Made by a program: the position numbers and the translations under genes. This document shows positions 40,765 to 40,855 of a stretch of DNA of 40,855 nt, in pieces. The notes under the pieces were generated by a model, which had not been told where the DNA came from, did no database searches, and saw nothing but the letters and a program-made list of their open reading frames with translations. Each line of letters opens with the position of its first letter. Within the stretch, counting starts at the first letter, position 1. Source of the stretch: a virus (Duplodnaviria; Caudoviricetes); the IMG/VR virus record IMGVR_UViG_3300021560_000011, positions 1-40,855 of that record. One strand, given 5' to 3'.

Positions 40765-40855
40765 CTTGCCCTCTTTTTACATTTTCAGTCCCTTGGCAGG
40801 GGTCAGTTGTGTTGACTGGTTGGGGAGTTTTCTTTACTACATTTAGTCTAGCAAA
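40733..40855. repeat. second copy of the 123-bp terminal overlap
   Basis: Identical to 1-123. Confidence 0.95.

Overview
The window is an apparently complete, circularly permuted ~40.7 kb dsDNA tailed-phage genome with a podovirus-like gene set; bases 1-123 repeat exactly at 40733-40855. One minus-strand late arm runs from ~9813 through a probable TerS, small accessory genes, TerL, portal, scaffold and major capsid. It then crosses the join into a capsid-associated protein, glycosyltransferase, methyltransferase, tailspike/fibre, adaptors, tail nozzle, ejection proteins and a KTSC protein. The plus-strand replication arm encodes a SNF2-type helicase, HNH, DUF2786, Cas4-like nuclease, Sak4-like ATPase, SSB, UDG-like/PolA fusion and DUF3987-like helicase. 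A repeat-rich divergent control region lies at ~9900-12870. I recognised no integrase, repressor, primase, endolysin, tRNA or CRISPR array. Best leads: (1) an HNH-AP2 endonuclease gene with its own leaderless promoter inside a predicted multi-helix RNA whose arms would loop the gene out of the capsid mRNA; (2) a compact pseudoknot-capable intergenic RNA upstream of polA with RNase P-like sequence words; (3) five copies of a ~25-bp TAAG...CTTA-type motif in the control region; (4) a candidate virion glycosylation cassette; (5) a PolA with an aberrant motif B and a degenerate UDG domain. All family calls come from motifs read by eye and all RNA structures were paired by hand; no searches were run.
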